From Haloquadratum sp. (GTDB lineage: Archaea; Halobacteriota; Halobacteria; Halobacteriales; Haloferacaceae): a DNA stretch of 22,368 bases. Both the position numbers and the translations under genes were made by a program. Under the pieces are notes generated by a model, which made no database searches, was not told where the DNA came from, and saw only the letters and a list, made by a program, of their open reading frames with translations. The stretch is from contig JAQCNF010000064.1 of assembly GCA_028275165.1 (NCBI GenBank), forward strand, positions 1 to 22,368, written 5' to 3'. Shown here piece after piece: positions 18,494-22,368 of this stretch. How positions within the stretch are numbered: the stretch's first letter is position 1; each line of letters starts with the position of its first letter.

Positions 18494-19153
18494 ATGCACG
18501 TGGTTATTCCCTTCGCTGCGAAAAGTCCAAAGACGCGCCTTGCATCAGTACTTGATCTGAACGAGCGGCGAGAGTTCGCTGTTGCGATGTTAAAAGATGT
18601 TCTTGATATAATCAAGAGAACATCACATACACTCGAACTGCTGGTTGGTGAGCAGACGAGTTCACTCATCAAGCCATATTTTGAGGACACGCTTCCACCA
18701 ATCGTTGCACATGATGGAACATTATCAGAGGCGGTCAACAGCCGTCTTGATGCACAATTCGACACTGTGCAACCGACTGGTGGAGTTGCAGTGATTATGG
18801 CTGACTTAGCGTTGCTCACTGTCTCAGCTGTCAATAAATTGTATACTTCGGACGGTGACGTTGTCCTTGCTCCAGGACGAGGCGGAGGCACAAATGCATT
18901 TATCACACGGTCGTCAAGGTTCACTGTCAATTATCACGGCCTCTCGTATCAAGACCACTGTGAGATTGCCAAGAAAGCCAATCTCTCATTCACGACTGTC
19001 GATTCGATGCGTCTGTCGACTGATATTGACGAGCCAGATGATCTTATCGAGATACGGTTACACGGTGATGGGTATAGTCACGAGTGGCTGAAAGCACATG
19101 GGTTTGAAATACACTCTCAGACTGGCCGGGCAGCAATCATTCGACGAGAGTGA
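18494..19153 (+). CDS. cofC: 2-phospho-L-lactate guanylyltransferase (F420 biosynthesis)
   Basis: MHVVIPFAAKSPKTRL, REFAVAMLKDVL, VIMADLALL, VLAPGRGGGTNAF and STDIDEPDDL match the CofC pattern. Confidence 0.75.
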   Translation: MHVVIPFAAKSPKTRLASVLDLNERREFAVAMLKDVLDIIKRTSHTLELLVGEQTSSLIKPYFEDTLPPIVAHDGTLSEAVNSRLDAQFDTVQPTGGVAVIMADLALLTVSAVNKLYTSDGDVVLAPGRGGGTNAFITRSSRFTVNYHGLSYQDHCEIAKKANLSFTTVDSMRLSTDIDEPDDLIEIRLHGDGYSHEWLKAHGFEIHSQTGRAAIIRRE

Positions 19154-19227
19154 CTGTGTTTGAATAGCTACAGCAAGGGCTTCGTCAGAAATGACGAGAC
19201 CAGTGCCTGAGACGAGGAATGAGAAAT

Positions 19228-20180
19228 TGACATCCTTTCCGCGTGAGCGTCAAAAAATCCCGAGGAAGTTTCAGGTCCGTAGTCCAGTCACCGGACTCCC
19301 ACCTTTCAGGCGCGGGTAGTCCCACAGTGTCGGTGTGGTGGACTGGCGGTGCCAAGCTGTCATTACTCCTCCCCTTTCCTCCCCTATCCACAACCGTGCC
19401 GTGTTTGACGTCCAAATGTTGTTTGTGCCACGGGGACGCCAGCAGGCGTCAGCAGACTCGGGGGTACCTTTCTGGTCACATCTGAGCAGTCAGCATAGGC
19501 ATACGCTTCAAGCATATGCGTTGCCTGTCGTTTCGGATATTGTCTCATGAGGTGGGTCAGGCCACTTCTGAAGGACAGGACGGAATCCACTCTGTTTCAC
19601 CTCATTCCTCTCGTTTCCTATCCTCATCCCAAGCTGCCCGCCAGTTAAGAAGTGGCGTTAGAAACTCGGAGGCACATTTGAACGGGTTTCTGCTCTCCAA
19701 GTGATGGTGCGAACAGCGTGAACGCCGTGGTATTGCGCCTGTTCAGCCGATAATGGCGATATTTCTCTTGAGAAGAGATCGACGGGCCGAGCAAGGCGAG
19801 TGCCTCTTGATCGTTCGGAAATGGTCTATTTCCATGATGACGAGACGCGGAACGTCTCAAACGGTTTGAGTTTGAGGGTGTCGCCAACATCTTGAGCTAA
19901 CCACATCACGCAGGAAAAAATACAGTCAGAGAGTTCTGAAAATGAATCAAACATCTTCATCCAACCTGACTGAGCTAAGCAGTCCGGAGATGTGACTCCT
20001 CTCAAACTCACTGACAGTGCGACGAAAGCTCCGATGGGTCGTCGTGGCGCGAGCCTCACGAAATTGACGGTTTCGGGTGTTCATTCCAACTCGACCCATC
20101 TGAAAGGTTGAGCAGAATTGAACGTGCCTGCTGGGTGCGGTGCCAACCCTAAACAGTGAAGCCTCTGAGAGCACCAGTGT
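19228..20180 (-). pseudogene. tnpB: IS1341-type relic, copy 3: right end plus scaffold (19228 to about 19440) and a badly decayed tnpB body
   Basis: On the minus strand the end reads CCTGAAACTTCCTCGGGATTTTTTGACGCTCACGCGGAAAGGATGTCAA (finishing at 19228), homologous to the copy-4 end. Upstream fragments are RLVIMEIDHFRTIKR (RuvC-II-like), LSAEQAQYHGVHAVRTI (YKAE..G block) and EAYAYADCSDVTRK (decayed HAD...N). The part above about 19830 could instead be a separate transposase relic. Confidence 0.5.
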
Positions 20181-20285
20181 GAATTCTCCCTCTCATGGAA
20201 TGAATAACGCAAAGCGCGTGGCTTACCTCGGAGAAGATTAGCACGACTGCAAATAGCTTATGTGTTGTTCAACCGTATTTAAACT

Positions 20286-20906
20286 ATGTTTAACGACCGA
20301 CCAGCGTGTGATGAAGTCGTCTTACTCGGCCGGTCAAACGTTGGAAAGTCTACGTTGATGCGTGAACTCACGGGCCACGCGAAATTCACGACCGGAAAGA
20401 AGCCCGGTGTCACACGCTCACCAAATCACTACGACTGGTCAGCTGAGCAATTCATGTTCACAGACCTGCCAGGATTCGGCTTCATGAGTGGCGTAGAGGC
20501 CAGCCAGCGCGAGCAAATCAAGACAAATATTGTTCGGTATCTCGAGACACACGCTTCCGATATTCTTGCAGCTGTGTTAGTGGTTGATACGAAGAGTGCT
20601 GTTGAAATTATTGATCGACACAGTGGGCCAGATGAAATCCCTCACGATATTGAATTATTCGAGTTCCTCTGGAATCTCTCAGTCCCGACTATCGTGGCTG
20701 CGAACAAAATGGATAAGATAGACAATCGCGATGAGCAACTTGATGAGTTGTGCGACCGATTGGGCCTCTTTCCACCGTGGCAACAGTGGCGCGAGACAGT
20801 CACACCTATCAGCGCGAAACGCGGCCACATTAAGCCGCTAAATGAGGCACTTCAAAGCGTGTTTCACGACCACCAGCGTGATGATCTGCTTAAGTTCGTC
20901 TCATAG
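20286..20906 (+). CDS. engB: ribosome-biogenesis GTP-binding protein EngB/YsxC
   Basis: [41 protein letters not shown] and ANKMDK give the G1-G4 motifs in EngB order. 206 aa. Confidence 0.85.
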   Translation: MFNDRPACDEVVLLGRSNVGKSTLMRELTGHAKFTTGKKPGVTRSPNHYDWSAEQFMFTDLPGFGFMSGVEASQREQIKTNIVRYLETHASDILAAVLVVDTKSAVEIIDRHSGPDEIPHDIELFEFLWNLSVPTIVAANKMDKIDNRDEQLDELCDRLGLFPPWQQWRETVTPISAKRGHIKPLNEALQSVFHDHQRDDLLKFVS

Positions 20907-21417
20907 GTTTCCTCTCACCTCTCAGTCGCACGCGGATGGCCTGAGAAATATCCCAACTCTAAGCAGACCGAGCCAGTCACGCTCTTGATGTGTGTCAAAA
21001 CTCCTAGTGACATAGCTCCGTTCGACATATTGAGCGTAGAGAGGTGTCAGAGTAAAACATAGCCTTCAGCTCCGGTTGAGGCTTTGAGTGAGTCTCACGA
21101 ATATAAAAAGGTGGCTCGGTTTCCAGCGTTCATCAGAAGGGGCTCAGTGGGGGTAACTGTCGTCATCGCCACCGTATCATTTTTGGGTTTTCCTGATTCA
21201 AGTAGCCATTGAAATAGCGGAAACAAATCAGTTCGTGACCGGCATTGTTTAGTTATGTTTCTCCAATTAAATCACTGCTCGTATCGATACAGGACAACTA
21301 ACCTCCCCCAATCTACCTGGCTACCGTTTGTGCGGCTCGTCTCTCGAAGATGAGGGCGACGATCGGGAATCCATGCTCTCGCGTTCGCGGTGGATTCAGC
21401 GGTTATTTAACACTCGT

Positions 21418-22080
<663 letters not shown>

Positions 22081-22087
<7 letters not shown>

Positions 22088-22368
22088 CCCACGCACACGG
22101 AATACTGGTTGACCGTGTGAACGAAGAAAACACCTCGAAAACCTGCTCGTGTTGCGGGCAGATTCGAGACGCCAATCGCGTCGAGCGTGGGCTGTCTGTC
22201 TGTGACTCGTGTGCAACGACGATGAACGCAGACGTGAACGGAGCAGTGAATATCCGCCGACAGATAACTCAAACTCCTCCAACTGGGGATATGAGTAACG
22301 GCTGTTTGGCACAGCCCGGAGTCTACCTGTTCGATACAACCACGGGTGCGTTCCACCCACAAGAACAG
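22081..22368 (+). pseudogene. tnpB: tnpB copy 5, a 5'-truncated 3' fragment that runs off the right edge
   Basis: The plus-strand frame from 22081 reads [27 protein letters not shown]...VCDSC...[48 protein letters not shown]. It is preceded by TAA at 22078-22080, and no upstream tnpB sequence lies on this strand. Confidence 0.8.

Noticed and set aside
19830-20180. An independent DDE (IS5/ISH3-like) transposase C-terminal remnant.
   Set aside because: I first read ...HRSFRRTVSEFERS...W..F..F.EL... as a DDE transposase C-terminus. The adjacent RLVIMEIDHFRTIKR and YKAE-like blocks make continuation of the same tnpB pseudogene at least as likely. I kept it as an open alternative rather than a separate feature.

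Overview
This window reads as a chromosomal segment of a haloarchaeon. The proteins are strongly acidic, and the gene content is archaeal (CetZ, CofC, Tsr3, Nog1-type GTPase). Host genes run near 50% GC by my hand counts on single 60-nt lines, which among haloarchaea suggests a Haloquadratum-like genome; this is inference and was not verified. I call 21 protein-coding genes. They include a purine cluster (purC, purU, purS-purQ), serS-tsr3-nog1, trkA, tmk, a cetZ / membrane protein / cofC run, and engB, plus one tRNA-Leu(UAA). Mobile-DNA debris sits between these genes. There are five IS200/IS605-family (IS1341-type) tnpB relics, all inactivated by frameshifts, stops, deletions or truncation, and one decayed tyrosine-recombinase gene. 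I found no CRISPR array, no rRNA and no convincing new multi-gene system. Four leads seem most worth following. (1) Two dead tnpB relics keep collinear 3' scaffold and right-end motifs, so they are candidate orphan omega-RNA/sRNA loci. (2) An IS right end lies 7 nt from the trkA TATA box. (3) cetZ is translationally overlapped with a signal-peptide, C-terminally anchored protein. (4) A GC-rich partial ORF at the left edge has a RAMP/Cas6-like glycine loop and may mark an island lying outside the window. All product calls come from motif recognition by eye; no searches were run.
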